NCBI RefSeq assembly: GCF_000020385.1
Contig: NC_010814.1
Coordinates: 2,910,001-2,942,000 of the forward strand
From: Trichlorobacter lovleyi SZ
GTDB lineage: Bacteria; Desulfobacterota; Desulfuromonadia; Geobacterales; Pseudopelobacteraceae
DNA: 32,000 nt
Reading direction: 5' to 3'
Shown: one piece after another, positions 1-10,995 of the stretch
Layout: the number at the start of each line of letters is the position of its first letter
Position numbering within the stretch: position 1 is the stretch's first letter
Notes under the pieces: generated by a model
Database searches by the model: none
Told to the model about the DNA's origin: nothing
Seen by the model: the letters and a program-made list of their open reading frames with translations, nothing else
Position numbers and translations under genes: made by a program

Positions 1-1
1 C

Positions 2-457
<456 letters not shown>

Positions 458-492
458 TTTCACCGGTTTCACCATTTCAGACGATTACTAAC

Positions 493-510
493 GACCACGC
501 GGATGTGGTC
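493..510 (+). promoter_or_regulatory. Intercistronic hairpin just upstream of the tsf SD
   Basis: GACCAC (493-498) and GTGGTC (505-510) form a perfect 6-bp stem with loop GCGGAT, directly abutting the GGAGG of tsf. A GTTTCACC x2 direct repeat lies at 457-474. Function is unknown. Confidence 0.3.
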
Positions 511-526
511 CGGAGGATAGAAAACA

Positions 527-2301
<1,775 letters not shown>

Positions 2302-2303
2302 CC

Positions 2304-2861
2304 ATGTACAAATCAGTCATAACAGAGATGAAAGCCCACATGGAAAAGTCGGTTGAGGATCTGCGCAAGGAATATCAGCGCATCCGCACCGGCCGTGCCA
2401 GCACCTCGCTGCTGGATGAAGTCAAGGTAGATTACTACGGCAACCCCTCGTCCCTGTCCCAGGTAGCTACCCTGGCAGTACCGGAGCCGCGGACCATCAC
2501 CATCACCCCCTGGGAATCCAAGATGATCGGCCCGATCGAGAAGGCGATCCTGAATGCCAACCTGGGCCTGACCCCCGGCAATGACGGCAAGCTGATCCGC
2601 CTGAACCTGCCGCCTCTGACGGAAGAACGCCGTAAAGAGATCGTCAAAGGGATGAAAAAGATGGATGAAGACCACAAGGTCGCCGTCCGCAACATCCGCC
2701 GCAAGGCGATTGACGACCTGAAAAAGATGGAAAAAGACAAATCCATCACTGAAGACGAACTGAAGAAGGCTGAAAAAGAGGTCCAGACCGTTACTGACAG
2801 CATCATTGCGAAGTTGGACGAAATTCTGGCCCACAAAGAAAAAGAGGTTATGGAAGTCTGA
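2304..2861 (+). CDS. frr: Ribosome recycling factor
   Basis: The track ORF begins at GTG 2298. ATG 2304 lies 7 nt after AAGGAG (2291-2296) and gives the canonical 185 aa. The sequence RTGRASTSLLDEVKVDYYG...NLPPLTEERRKE matches RRF. Confidence 0.95.
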   Translation: MYKSVITEMKAHMEKSVEDLRKEYQRIRTGRASTSLLDEVKVDYYGNPSSLSQVATLAVPEPRTITITPWESKMIGPIEKAILNANLGLTPGNDGKLIRLNLPPLTEERRKEIVKGMKKMDEDHKVAVRNIRRKAIDDLKKMEKDKSITEDELKKAEKEVQTVTDSIIAKLDEILAHKEKEVMEV

Positions 2862-2862
2862 T

Positions 2863-3603
2863 ATGACCGGGCTGGATCCGACAAAAATGCCCCGTCATCT
2901 GGCCATCATCATGGATGGCAACGGACGCTGGGCTGAACAACGGATGCTGAAGCGGATCGTCGGCCACCAACGTGGTGCAGAGACCGTTCAGATGGTGGTT
3001 GATCAGGCCTCCGGCCTGGGGATCAGCTACCTGACCCTGTTTGCCTTCTCCTCTGAGAACTGGTCCCGCCCCAAGCTCGAGGTACGGGCCTTGATGGCGC
3101 TGTTGAAAAAGTACATCCGCAACGAACTGCGCCGGATGCTGAAAAACAACATCCGCTTCAATGTGATCGGCAACCGTGCCGATCTGCCTTCCGAGGTCAA
3201 TGAGATCCTGGATGATGCCTTGCGGCAGACCGCATCCAATACCGGCATGGTACTGACCCTGGCCCTTTCCTACGGAGGGCGCCAGGAGATCGCCCGCGCT
3301 GCGGCCCGGATTGCGCAGCAGGTGCAGGATGGCAAGCTGCAGCCGTCCCAGATTACCGAAGCAGTTTTCAGTCAGTACCTGGACACGGCCGGACTACCTG
3401 ACCCGGACCTGTTGATCCGCACCAGCGGCGAAATGAGGATCAGCAACTTTCTGCTCTGGCAGTTGGCCTATGCAGAGCTCTATTTCACCGACATCAACTG
3501 GCCTGACCTGACCATTAACGCGCTGCACGCTGCACTGGCCGATTTCCAGGCCCGTGAACGCCGCTTTGGCAAGACCAGCGCACAGTTAAACCAAAGGAGC
3601 TGA
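2863..3603 (+). CDS. uppS: Di-trans,poly-cis-undecaprenyl-diphosphate synthase
   Basis: Internal ATG 2863, 2 nt after the frr stop, gives [24 protein letters not shown]..., the conserved UPPS N-terminus. [23 protein letters not shown] is also present. The 19-aa extension from 2806 overlaps frr and was rejected. Confidence 0.95.
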   Translation: MTGLDPTKMPRHLAIIMDGNGRWAEQRMLKRIVGHQRGAETVQMVVDQASGLGISYLTLFAFSSENWSRPKLEVRALMALLKKYIRNELRRMLKNNIRFNVIGNRADLPSEVNEILDDALRQTASNTGMVLTLALSYGGRQEIARAAARIAQQVQDGKLQPSQITEAVFSQYLDTAGLPDPDLLIRTSGEMRISNFLLWQLAYAELYFTDINWPDLTINALHAALADFQARERRFGKTSAQLNQRS

Positions 3604-3626
3604 CCATACAACGTCTGCTGACTGCA

Positions 3627-4403
3627 TTGATCCTGCTGCCGCTGGTACTGGCGACCATCATCAAAGGTGCTCCGTGGCTGTTCGCCCTGATGTTGTCCCT
3701 GTTCTGCCTGATCGCCATGCTGGAGTTTTTCGGTATGGCCCTGCCCAACCGGAAGGCCGAACTCTACCCCTTTGCCCTGCTGGGTGCGATCGCCCTGGCA
3801 ACCCCGCTGCTGGGTGACGGGCGCTTCTTTATCATGTCCCTTGCGGTTGCCTTTCTGCTGGGCGGCTTTCACTTTCTGTTCAGGCTGCAGGATATCAAAA
3901 CCGTGGCACAGGAACTGTCTCTGGTCATGACCGCCTTCCTGTATATCCCGTTTCTGATGGCCCATCTGCTGATGATCCGCCTGCTGCCCCAGGGGGTCAA
4001 CTGGCTGCTGCTGATCATGTTGATCGTCATGACCAACGACTCCACGGCCTACTACGTCGGCAGTGCCTTTGGCAAACACCGGCTGTATCAGGCAGTCAGC
4101 CCAAAGAAGAGCATTGAAGGGGCGCTGGGCGGTCTGCTGGGCAGCCTGGGTGGCACCCTGCTGGCAAAGTTCACCTTTTTCCCGCAGCTCAGCCTTGCAG
4201 ATGCCGTCATCACCGCCCTGGTGATCGGCATTATCGGCCAGCTCGGCGACCTGTTCGAGTCTCTGCTGAAGCGCAGCTTCGGGGTCAAGGATTCCGGCAG
4301 TATTTTTCCCGGTCACGGCGGTGTGCTGGACCGGATGGACAGCATCATCTTTGCAGCGCCGGTCACCTACTACTACGCGGTTTACCTCTTCGGGAGGTTT
4401 TAA
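3627..4403 (+). CDS. cdsA: Phosphatidate cytidylyltransferase (CDP-diglyceride synthase)
   Basis: This is a multi-pass membrane protein with the C-terminal signature [28 protein letters not shown]. The start shown is TTG 3627; the true start is uncertain (see finding). Confidence 0.9.
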   Translation: MILLPLVLATIIKGAPWLFALMLSLFCLIAMLEFFGMALPNRKAELYPFALLGAIALATPLLGDGRFFIMSLAVAFLLGGFHFLFRLQDIKTVAQELSLVMTAFLYIPFLMAHLLMIRLLPQGVNWLLLIMLIVMTNDSTAYYVGSAFGKHRLYQAVSPKKSIEGALGGLLGSLGGTLLAKFTFFPQLSLADAVITALVIGIIGQLGDLFESLLKRSFGVKDSGSIFPGHGGVLDRMDSIIFAAPVTYYYAVYLFGRF

Positions 4404-4405
4404 AC

Positions 4406-5578
4406 ATGAAACAGATTGCCATTCTCGGCTCAACCGGTTCCATCGGTGTCAGCACCCTGGAGATCGTCGCTGCCCACCCTGACAAATTCAGGGTACTCTC
4501 GCTCTCCGGCGCAAAAAATCTTGATCTGCTGGCACGTCAGATCCGTCAGTTCAGACCCAGACTGGCTGCCGTTGCCGATCCTGCCGATATCCCCCGCCTG
4601 AAGGAGCTGCTGAGCGGTGTCGAGGTGGAGCTGACAGGAGGCGTTGAGGGACTTTGCGCAGCGGCCACGGCACCGGGCGTACAGATGGTGGTGGCTGCCA
4701 TTGTGGGAGCTGCCGGCCTGGTACCCACTGCCGCAGCCATCCGGGCCGGTATTGATGTTGCCCTGGCAAACAAGGAGACCCTGGTGACTGCCGGCCACCT
4801 CTTCATGGAGCTGGTGGAGCGCCACAAGGTCAAACTCTACCCGGTTGACAGCGAACACAGCGCCATCTTCCAGTCCATTGAAGGGCATCGCAGCCAGGAT
4901 ATCACCAAGATCATCCTGACCGCCTCCGGCGGGCCGTTCCGCGAGACCCCGCTGGAAAAGCTGCAAAGCGTCACCATTCAGGATGCCCTCAACCACCCCA
5001 ACTGGAGCATGGGCCGCAAGATCACCATTGATTCAGCCACCATGATGAACAAGGGGCTGGAGGTGATCGAGGCACGCTGGCTGTTCGACGCCCCTGCGGA
5101 AAAGATCAGCGTCAACATCCATCCCCAGAGCATCATCCACTCCATGGTGGAGTATATTGACGGCTGCGTGATCGCCCAGCTGGGCACCCCGGACATGAAG
5201 GCCCCGATCGCCTACGCCCTCTCCTACCCGGAGCGGGTCAGCACCGGCGTCAAGCCGCTTGACCTGACCGAGCTTTCCGGCCTGACCTTCTCCAAGCCGG
5301 ACCTGGAGCGTTTTCCCTGCCTCGGCCTGGCCTACCGGGCCCTGGGTGAGGGTGAGAGCATGCCGGCCGTGATGAATGCCGCCAATGAAGTTGCCGTGGA
5401 GGCCTTCCTGGATGGCCGGATCTCCTACCTGCAGATTGCAGCCTTGATTGAGAAGACCATGGATGCCCATCAGGCCCACCGCCTCGGCTCCATCGAAGAG
5501 GTGCTGGAGGCCGACCGCTGGGGTCGGGCAACGGCACGGGATATCTGCAACACGCTTCAGACAGGCAGGTGCCTATGA
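4406..5578 (+). CDS. dxr: 1-deoxy-D-xylulose 5-phosphate reductoisomerase
   Basis: 390 aa. [21 protein letters not shown] is the NADPH-binding N-terminus, and ...LANKETLV...[11 protein letters not shown]...[24 protein letters not shown] follows. Confidence 0.97.
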   Translation: MKQIAILGSTGSIGVSTLEIVAAHPDKFRVLSLSGAKNLDLLARQIRQFRPRLAAVADPADIPRLKELLSGVEVELTGGVEGLCAAATAPGVQMVVAAIVGAAGLVPTAAAIRAGIDVALANKETLVTAGHLFMELVERHKVKLYPVDSEHSAIFQSIEGHRSQDITKIILTASGGPFRETPLEKLQSVTIQDALNHPNWSMGRKITIDSATMMNKGLEVIEARWLFDAPAEKISVNIHPQSIIHSMVEYIDGCVIAQLGTPDMKAPIAYALSYPERVSTGVKPLDLTELSGLTFSKPDLERFPCLGLAYRALGEGESMPAVMNAANEVAVEAFLDGRISYLQIAALIEKTMDAHQAHRLGSIEEVLEADRWGRATARDICNTLQTGRCL

Positions 5579-6705
5579 TCGTCGTAAACTTTATTATCGT
5601 CCTCGGTATTTTGATCTTTGTCCACGAACTCGGCCATTTCCTGGTGGCAAAATGGATGGGGGTCAAGGTGGAGAAATTCTCGCTCGGCTTCGGTCCCAAG
5701 CTGTTCGGCCGCCAGATCGGTGAAACCGAGTATCTGATCTCGGCCTTCCCGCTGGGGGGCTACGTCAAGATGTTCGGTGAAGGCGGCTTCAGCGAGATCG
5801 AGATGATCGAACAGGAATATGAACGGGAGGCGCCCGGCTCAAAACCGGTTGAGGCCTACAAACTGACGCCGGCCGACGAGGCCCGTTCCTTTGCCCACAA
5901 GAGCATCCCGCAGCGGATGGCAATCGTCTTTGCCGGGCCGTTCTTCAACATGGTCTTTGCCTGGCTGCTGCTGATCGTGCTGTACATGACCGGCATGCCG
6001 ATCCTGAAGGCAACGGTGGGCGAGGTCTTCCCCAACCGGCCGGCAGCCCTGGCAGGCATCCAAAAAGGGGATCTGATCACTGCCATCAATGGCCAGCGCA
6101 TCATTCAGTGGGAGGATTTCTCGGCCCATATGGCAACCACAAGCGAGACGGTGACTCTCAACATTACCCGTAGCGGCAAACCGTTGACCGTTCAGCTGAA
6201 GCCGCAGGTTGGTGAAACCAAGAACCTGTTTGGCGAGGTCGTCAAAAAGCCGATCATCGGCGTCTCCCCGGCCTATGACTTTGCCACCGAGCGCTTCGGC
6301 CTGGTGGATGCCTTCAAGCTGGGCAACGCCAAGACCGTAGAGGTCACCAGGCTGACCGTGCTGTCGCTGGTCAAGCTGTTTCAGGGGGTAGTGCCGTTGA
6401 ACAGTCTGGGCGGGCCGATGATGATTGCCGACATGGCCAACAAGGCGGCCCAGACCGGCGGCGCCACCTTCTTCATGCTGCTGGCCGTGGTCTCGATCAA
6501 CCTGGGCATTCTGAACCTGCTGCCGGTACCGGTACTGGATGGCGGGCACCTGATGTTCTACACCATTGAGGCGATCATTCGCCGCCCGGTACCCCAGAAG
6601 GTACGGGAATACGCCCAGCAGGCCGGTATGATCCTGCTGATCGGGATGATGGTGCTGGCCTTTTACAACGACATTATCCGCTACTTCTTCAGCGGCAAGG
6701 CATGA
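5575..6705 (+). CDS. rseP: RIP zinc metalloprotease RseP (site-2 protease)
   Basis: ATG 5575 forms an ATGA overlap with the dxr stop. The gene has the HELGH motif, a PDZ-like middle region and [12 protein letters not shown]. Confidence 0.94.
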   Translation: MIVVNFIIVLGILIFVHELGHFLVAKWMGVKVEKFSLGFGPKLFGRQIGETEYLISAFPLGGYVKMFGEGGFSEIEMIEQEYEREAPGSKPVEAYKLTPADEARSFAHKSIPQRMAIVFAGPFFNMVFAWLLLIVLYMTGMPILKATVGEVFPNRPAALAGIQKGDLITAINGQRIIQWEDFSAHMATTSETVTLNITRSGKPLTVQLKPQVGETKNLFGEVVKKPIIGVSPAYDFATERFGLVDAFKLGNAKTVEVTRLTVLSLVKLFQGVVPLNSLGGPMMIADMANKAAQTGGATFFMLLAVVSINLGILNLLPVPVLDGGHLMFYTIEAIIRRPVPQKVREYAQQAGMILLIGMMVLAFYNDIIRYFFSGKA

Positions 6706-7391
6706 TCTGTCTCTGTATTGAGACCGCCGCAGCCCGGGTCGGCATCGCCCTGACCAGTGACGGCAGGCTGCTGGCAGAATCGCTGCTGGATGCCCCCGGC
6801 GGCCGCCAGAATGCGCTGCTGATGCCGGAACTGCAGCGGCTGCTGGATCAGAACAACCTCACCACCAGCCGGATTGATCTGTTTGCCTGTGCAACCGGCC
6901 CCGGTTCATTTACCGGGGTCCGCACCGGCATTGCGGCCACCCAGGGGCTGGCACTGGCAGCAGGCAAGCCCTGCACCGCTGTCTCCACCCTGGCCATGCT
7001 GGCCATGAACCTGCCCCATGCCGCCTGGCCGGTCTGTCCCATGCTGGATGCCCGCAAGAACGAGGTCTATACCGGCCTCTACCGCACAGATGAGCACGCA
7101 ACCCAACTCACCCAGGACTGCGTCACAGCCCCTGCCGATTTCTTGCAGCGACTCAACGGTCCCACCATCTTTGTCGGTGACGGCGCCCTGCGCTACCAGG
7201 CACTGATCCGGCAGACCATGGGGCAGAACGCCCTGTTTGCCCCGCTGTCACACCAGCTGATCCGCCCCTCCTCCGGCTGCCTGCTGGCGGAAGCGGCCCT
7301 GCAGAACGGCACCGCCGTCCCCCCGGAGCTGTTGCTGCCCACCTACCTGCGCCTTTCCGAAGCCGAATTATCCCGCCAACAAAAAATTTAG
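6702..7391 (+). CDS. tsaB: tRNA threonylcarbamoyladenosine (t6A) biosynthesis protein TsaB (YeaZ family)
   Basis: 229 aa. It forms an ATGA overlap with rseP. IETAAARVGIAL...FACATGPGSFTGVRTGIAATQGLA is the YeaZ/TsaB motif. Confidence 0.85.
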   Translation: MICLCIETAAARVGIALTSDGRLLAESLLDAPGGRQNALLMPELQRLLDQNNLTTSRIDLFACATGPGSFTGVRTGIAATQGLALAAGKPCTAVSTLAMLAMNLPHAAWPVCPMLDARKNEVYTGLYRTDEHATQLTQDCVTAPADFLQRLNGPTIFVGDGALRYQALIRQTMGQNALFAPLSHQLIRPSSGCLLAEAALQNGTAVPPELLLPTYLRLSEAELSRQQKI

Positions 7392-7426
7392 CCAGACTAT
7401 ATACATTTACCAACAATAAAAAGCAC

Positions 7427-7454
7427 TTGTAGTCCGCCTGAAGGCTGGTATAGT
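7427..7454 (+). promoter_or_regulatory. Candidate sigma-70 promoter for sucCD
   Basis: TTGTAG (7427-7432), a 16-nt spacer, then TATAGT (7449-7454), in the A/T-rich spacer before sucC. Confidence 0.4.
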
Positions 7455-7486
7455 TGCGCGTATACATGCATCCCAGGGAGGGACCT

Positions 7487-8650
<1,164 letters not shown>

Positions 8651-8664
8651 GGGGGAGCGCAACC

Positions 8665-9537
8665 ATGTCTATTCTGATCAATAAAGATTCAAAGATACTG
8701 GTCCAGGGGATCACCGGCAAGAGCGGCCTCTTCCACACCCAGCAGTGCCGCGCCTACGGCAGCCAGATCGTGGCGGGCGTCACCCCCGGCAAGGGGGGCA
8801 TCCATATTGAAGGGATTCCGGTCTTTAACACCGTGGCAGAGGCGGTCCAGTACACCGGCGCCACCATCTCGATGATCTTTGTACCGCCACCGGGCGCCGC
8901 CGATGCCATCCTGGAATCCTGCGAGGCCGGCCTGGAACTGGCGGTCTGCATCACCGAAGGGATTCCGGTGCGTGACATGGTGATTGCACGGGCAGTCCAG
9001 GCCCAGAGCAAGACCCTGCTGGTGGGGCCCAACTGCCCCGGCATCATCACCCCGGGCCAGTGCAAGCTGGGGATCATGCCGGGCTACATTCACACCCCCG
9101 GCAAGATCGGGGTGGTCTCCCGCTCCGGCACCCTGACCTACGAGGCGGTCAAGCAGCTGACCGACATCGGGCTGGGGCAGTCCACCTGTGTCGGCATTGG
9201 CGGTGATCCGATCATCGGCATGAAGTACATTGACGTGCTGAAGATGTTTAACGAAGACCCCGGCACTGAAGCGGTCTTCATGATCGGTGAAATCGGCGGC
9301 GGTGCTGAAGAAGAGGCCGCTTACTGGATCAAGGAAAACATGAAAAAACCGGTGGCCGCCTTTATTGCCGGCAGCACCGCACCGCCGGGCAAACGGATGG
9401 GCCATGCCGGTGCCATCATCACCGGCGGCAAGGGCAAGGCCGAAGACAAAATCCGCACCCTGCAGGAATGCGGTGTCACGGTCTCCACCTCCCCCCCCCG
9501 CATGGGTGAGGCCATGGCAGAGGCACTCAAGAAATAA
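8665..9537 (+). CDS. sucD: Succinyl-CoA synthetase alpha subunit
   Basis: 290 aa. Contains [20 protein letters not shown]...[10 protein letters not shown]...GHAGAII, which carries the catalytic His loop. Confidence 0.97.
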   Translation: MSILINKDSKILVQGITGKSGLFHTQQCRAYGSQIVAGVTPGKGGIHIEGIPVFNTVAEAVQYTGATISMIFVPPPGAADAILESCEAGLELAVCITEGIPVRDMVIARAVQAQSKTLLVGPNCPGIITPGQCKLGIMPGYIHTPGKIGVVSRSGTLTYEAVKQLTDIGLGQSTCVGIGGDPIIGMKYIDVLKMFNEDPGTEAVFMIGEIGGGAEEEAAYWIKENMKKPVAAFIAGSTAPPGKRMGHAGAIITGGKGKAEDKIRTLQECGVTVSTSPPRMGEAMAEALKK

Positions 9538-9555
9538 GCATCACAGTAGCGGAGA

Positions 9556-9600
9556 CCAATGCCCTGTTGCAGCAACCCGCAGCAGGGCATTGGCTTTTAC
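9556..9600 (+). terminator. Rho-independent terminator after sucD
   Basis: CCAATGCCCTGTTGC (9556-9570) pairs with GCAGCAGGGCATTGG (9579-9593) over 15 bp including one G-U pair. It is followed by CTTTTAC. Confidence 0.7.
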
Positions 9601-9704
9601 TGGACAAAAGCAACGCTAATGCGCTACATACAAGCCATATCATACAGACAGGAACCGCAGATGCCGCACCGGAGCTACGACATAGCCCTTGCGCAGAAAC
9701 ACTC

Positions 9705-9738
9705 AAACCCGCCCGAAAGGCGGGTTTTTCGTTTTTTC
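9705..9738 (+). terminator. Second, stronger rho-independent terminator
   Basis: AAACCCGCC (9705-9713), loop CGAAA, GGCGGGTTT (9719-9727), then TTCGTTTTTT. The orientation is clearly + because the T tract is on the 3' side. Confidence 0.75.
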
Positions 9739-9826
9739 AGGGTGTAAAGAAATTTTACACTTTTCACGTAACAGCCAGTAACAACTTGGTATTTATAGAC
9801 GCAAACACCCAGCAAAGGAACCCGGC

Positions 9827-10207
9827 ATGAACGACAACAACCACTCGCGGGAAGACCACTTTATTGCAGCACTCAGCAACGAATTTATCGTGCAGGGCGG
9901 CTCGGCAAGCCTGGTTAACCCGGCACTTGCCGTTAAAGAGCATGTCGTAGATTCCGCTGCCGGAAATAACGCCGGTCAGCCATATAAGCGCCTGCAGATT
10001 CCCGACTCAGACGAACCGATCATGACAACAGGCCGCATGAACGGTATTTTCAAGCTCCTGCCCTATGAGGCGATCATCTACCTGGGCCCCACCCCGCCAT
10101 TGGGTGACTACTTCAGCTTTACCCCGTTTCTCTGGGATCGCCAATACGGCAAAAAAGTCAAAAAAGGCGACTGGATCTTTGCCGCCCTGGGAGACCCGCT
10201 TAATTGA
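9827..10207 (+). CDS. Hypothetical protein, possibly a 5' gene fragment
   Basis: 126-aa ORF with AAAGGA 7 nt upstream. I recognise no family. The C-terminal half (LLPYEAIIYLGPTPPLGDYFSFTPFLWDR...GDWIFAALGDPLN) looks like the start of a folded domain that stops abruptly just before a repeat element. Confidence 0.4.
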   Translation: MNDNNHSREDHFIAALSNEFIVQGGSASLVNPALAVKEHVVDSAAGNNAGQPYKRLQIPDSDEPIMTTGRMNGIFKLLPYEAIIYLGPTPPLGDYFSFTPFLWDRQYGKKVKKGDWIFAALGDPLN

Positions 10208-10217
10208 AAGAACAGAT

Positions 10218-10299
10218 GGGGTCAGGCTTGACTTATTGACTTTCAGGCAAATAGCAGAAAGGCAAGCCTGACCCCATAGACTTTGACCCCATAGACTTT
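10218..10299. repeat. REP/MITE-like inverted repeat plus 15-nt tandem duplication
   Basis: GGGGTCAGGCTTG (10218-10230) and CAAGCCTGACCCC (10263-10275) form a perfect 13-nt inverted repeat around a 32-nt spacer. GACCCCATAGACTTT is repeated in tandem at 10270-10284 and 10285-10299. Confidence 0.7.
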
Positions 10300-10373
10300 T
10301 CTAGAGGAGATACTATAAGGGATAGCCTTGAAAATGGAATAACCTAAGAAAGCGATACCCAACAACACCGCTG

Positions 10374-10452
10374 GACACCGCCTGCCCGAAAAGGCCGGGC
10401 TTGCGGGTCAACGGCGCAGCCGTTAGGCAAATCGAGAAAAAACCAATTTGCC
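10374..10452 (+). other. Three consecutive stable hairpins (candidate structured leader/ncRNA)
   Basis: Hairpin 1 (10374-10409): GAC(A)CCGC pairs with GCGGGTC and encloses GCCCG-aaaaggc-CGGGC. Hairpin 2 (10410-10424): AACGGC-gca-GCCGTT. Hairpin 3 (10426-10452): GGCAAAT-13 nt-ATTTGCC. Confidence 0.4.
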
Positions 10453-10508
10453 CCAAAATCTGAAACTGCTCCTGAGTGGGCAGAATTACCCAAGCGGAGG
10501 AAAATCAA

Positions 10509-10674
10509 AATGGCACTTACCAAAGAAGAAAAAGACTGGTGTTTTAGTACGGCTGTCAACCTTGCTTTTAAAATGGCAGAAGGCGGCGGCGCAGAAAAAG
10601 GTGTAGAAATTGCCAACTGCATTGAATACTCATATCAAATTCTGACCAAGCTAACAGAAGAAGTGAAAAACTAA
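10509..10674 (+). other. SD-preceded short ORF whose reading frame is broken after 20 codons
   Basis: GGAGG (10496-10500) lies 8 nt before ATG 10509. Frame 0 gives MALTKEEKDWCFSTAVNPCF then TAA (10569-10571). The +1 frame continues as KMAEGGGAEKGVEIANCIEYSYQILTKLTEEVKN to TAA 10672-10674, and a terminator follows. Confidence 0.3.
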
Positions 10675-10714
10675 TCAATTTTAATCGAAACAGTCCGAGC
10701 AACCAATTCAGAAA

Positions 10715-10779
10715 TGGAGGCAGAAGAGAGATCAGGAAATTGCTCCTTTAACATCTTGATTACTGCCTCCAATTTTTTT
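10715..10779 (+). terminator. Rho-independent terminator (long imperfect hairpin + T7)
   Basis: TGGAGGCAG (10715-10723) pairs with CTGCCTCCA (10763-10771). The interior is partly self-complementary. The stem is followed by AATTTTTTT, with the T7 run at 10773-10779. Confidence 0.55.
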
Positions 10780-10851
10780 CAACGCTGGGACAAAAATATT
10801 GTATTGCAGACTCTTTTTCTGTTTGTACGCCGACCAGAGGAGGAAGGCGGA

Positions 10852-10935
10852 ATGCCTAACCAGACAGAAGCAGCGGCCAAAACCGCCGCTGTTCTCCAGA
10901 CCCGTTATGAAAAGCAAGAAAACATTTGTAGTTAG
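10852..10935 (+). CDS. Possible 27-aa upstream ORF/leader peptide
   Basis: GAGGAGGA (10837-10844) lies about 8 nt before ATG 10852. The product is MPNQTEAAAKTAAVLQTRYEKQENICS, and the ORF ends 60 nt before the response-regulator start. There is no homology evidence. Confidence 0.25.
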   Translation: MPNQTEAAAKTAAVLQTRYEKQENICS

Positions 10936-10995
10936 CCAAACAAAACCATACACTTTACCGGAGTTTCTGACCTGTACTAAAAAACAAGGAACCGC

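Noticed and set aside
2806-2862. N-terminal extensions of track ORFs (uppS from 2806; likewise sucC from 7454, accA from 15900, EVE from 28842, PPIase to 31520, RF2 GTG 25710)
   Set aside because: The extensions overlap upstream genes or run through intergenic repeats and lack an SD. Internal starts give the conserved N-termini with properly spaced SD sequences.
3480-4433. 317-aa - strand ORF opposite cdsA
   Set aside because: It is an antisense shadow ORF with Q/G/D-rich nonsense composition. The + strand encodes CdsA with its signature motif.
10374-10452. Possible c-di-GMP/cGAMP (GEMM-I) riboswitch upstream of the HD-GYP regulator region
   Set aside because: By eye the helices lack the GEMM hallmarks: the GNRA tetraloop/receptor pair and the conserved ACGCAAAGCC-type core. 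The structure was kept only as an unclassified finding.
10344-10622. 92-aa - strand ORF in the A-rich spacer
   Set aside because: It has no SD. The + strand here is purine- and A-rich, so stop codons are rare in several frames. The peptide is low-complexity.
10714-10935. 73-aa + strand ORF as listed in the track
   Set aside because: Its ATG lies inside the 5' arm of the terminator hairpin and has no SD. Only the last 27 codons, from ATG 10852 with its strong SD, were kept as a low-confidence candidate.
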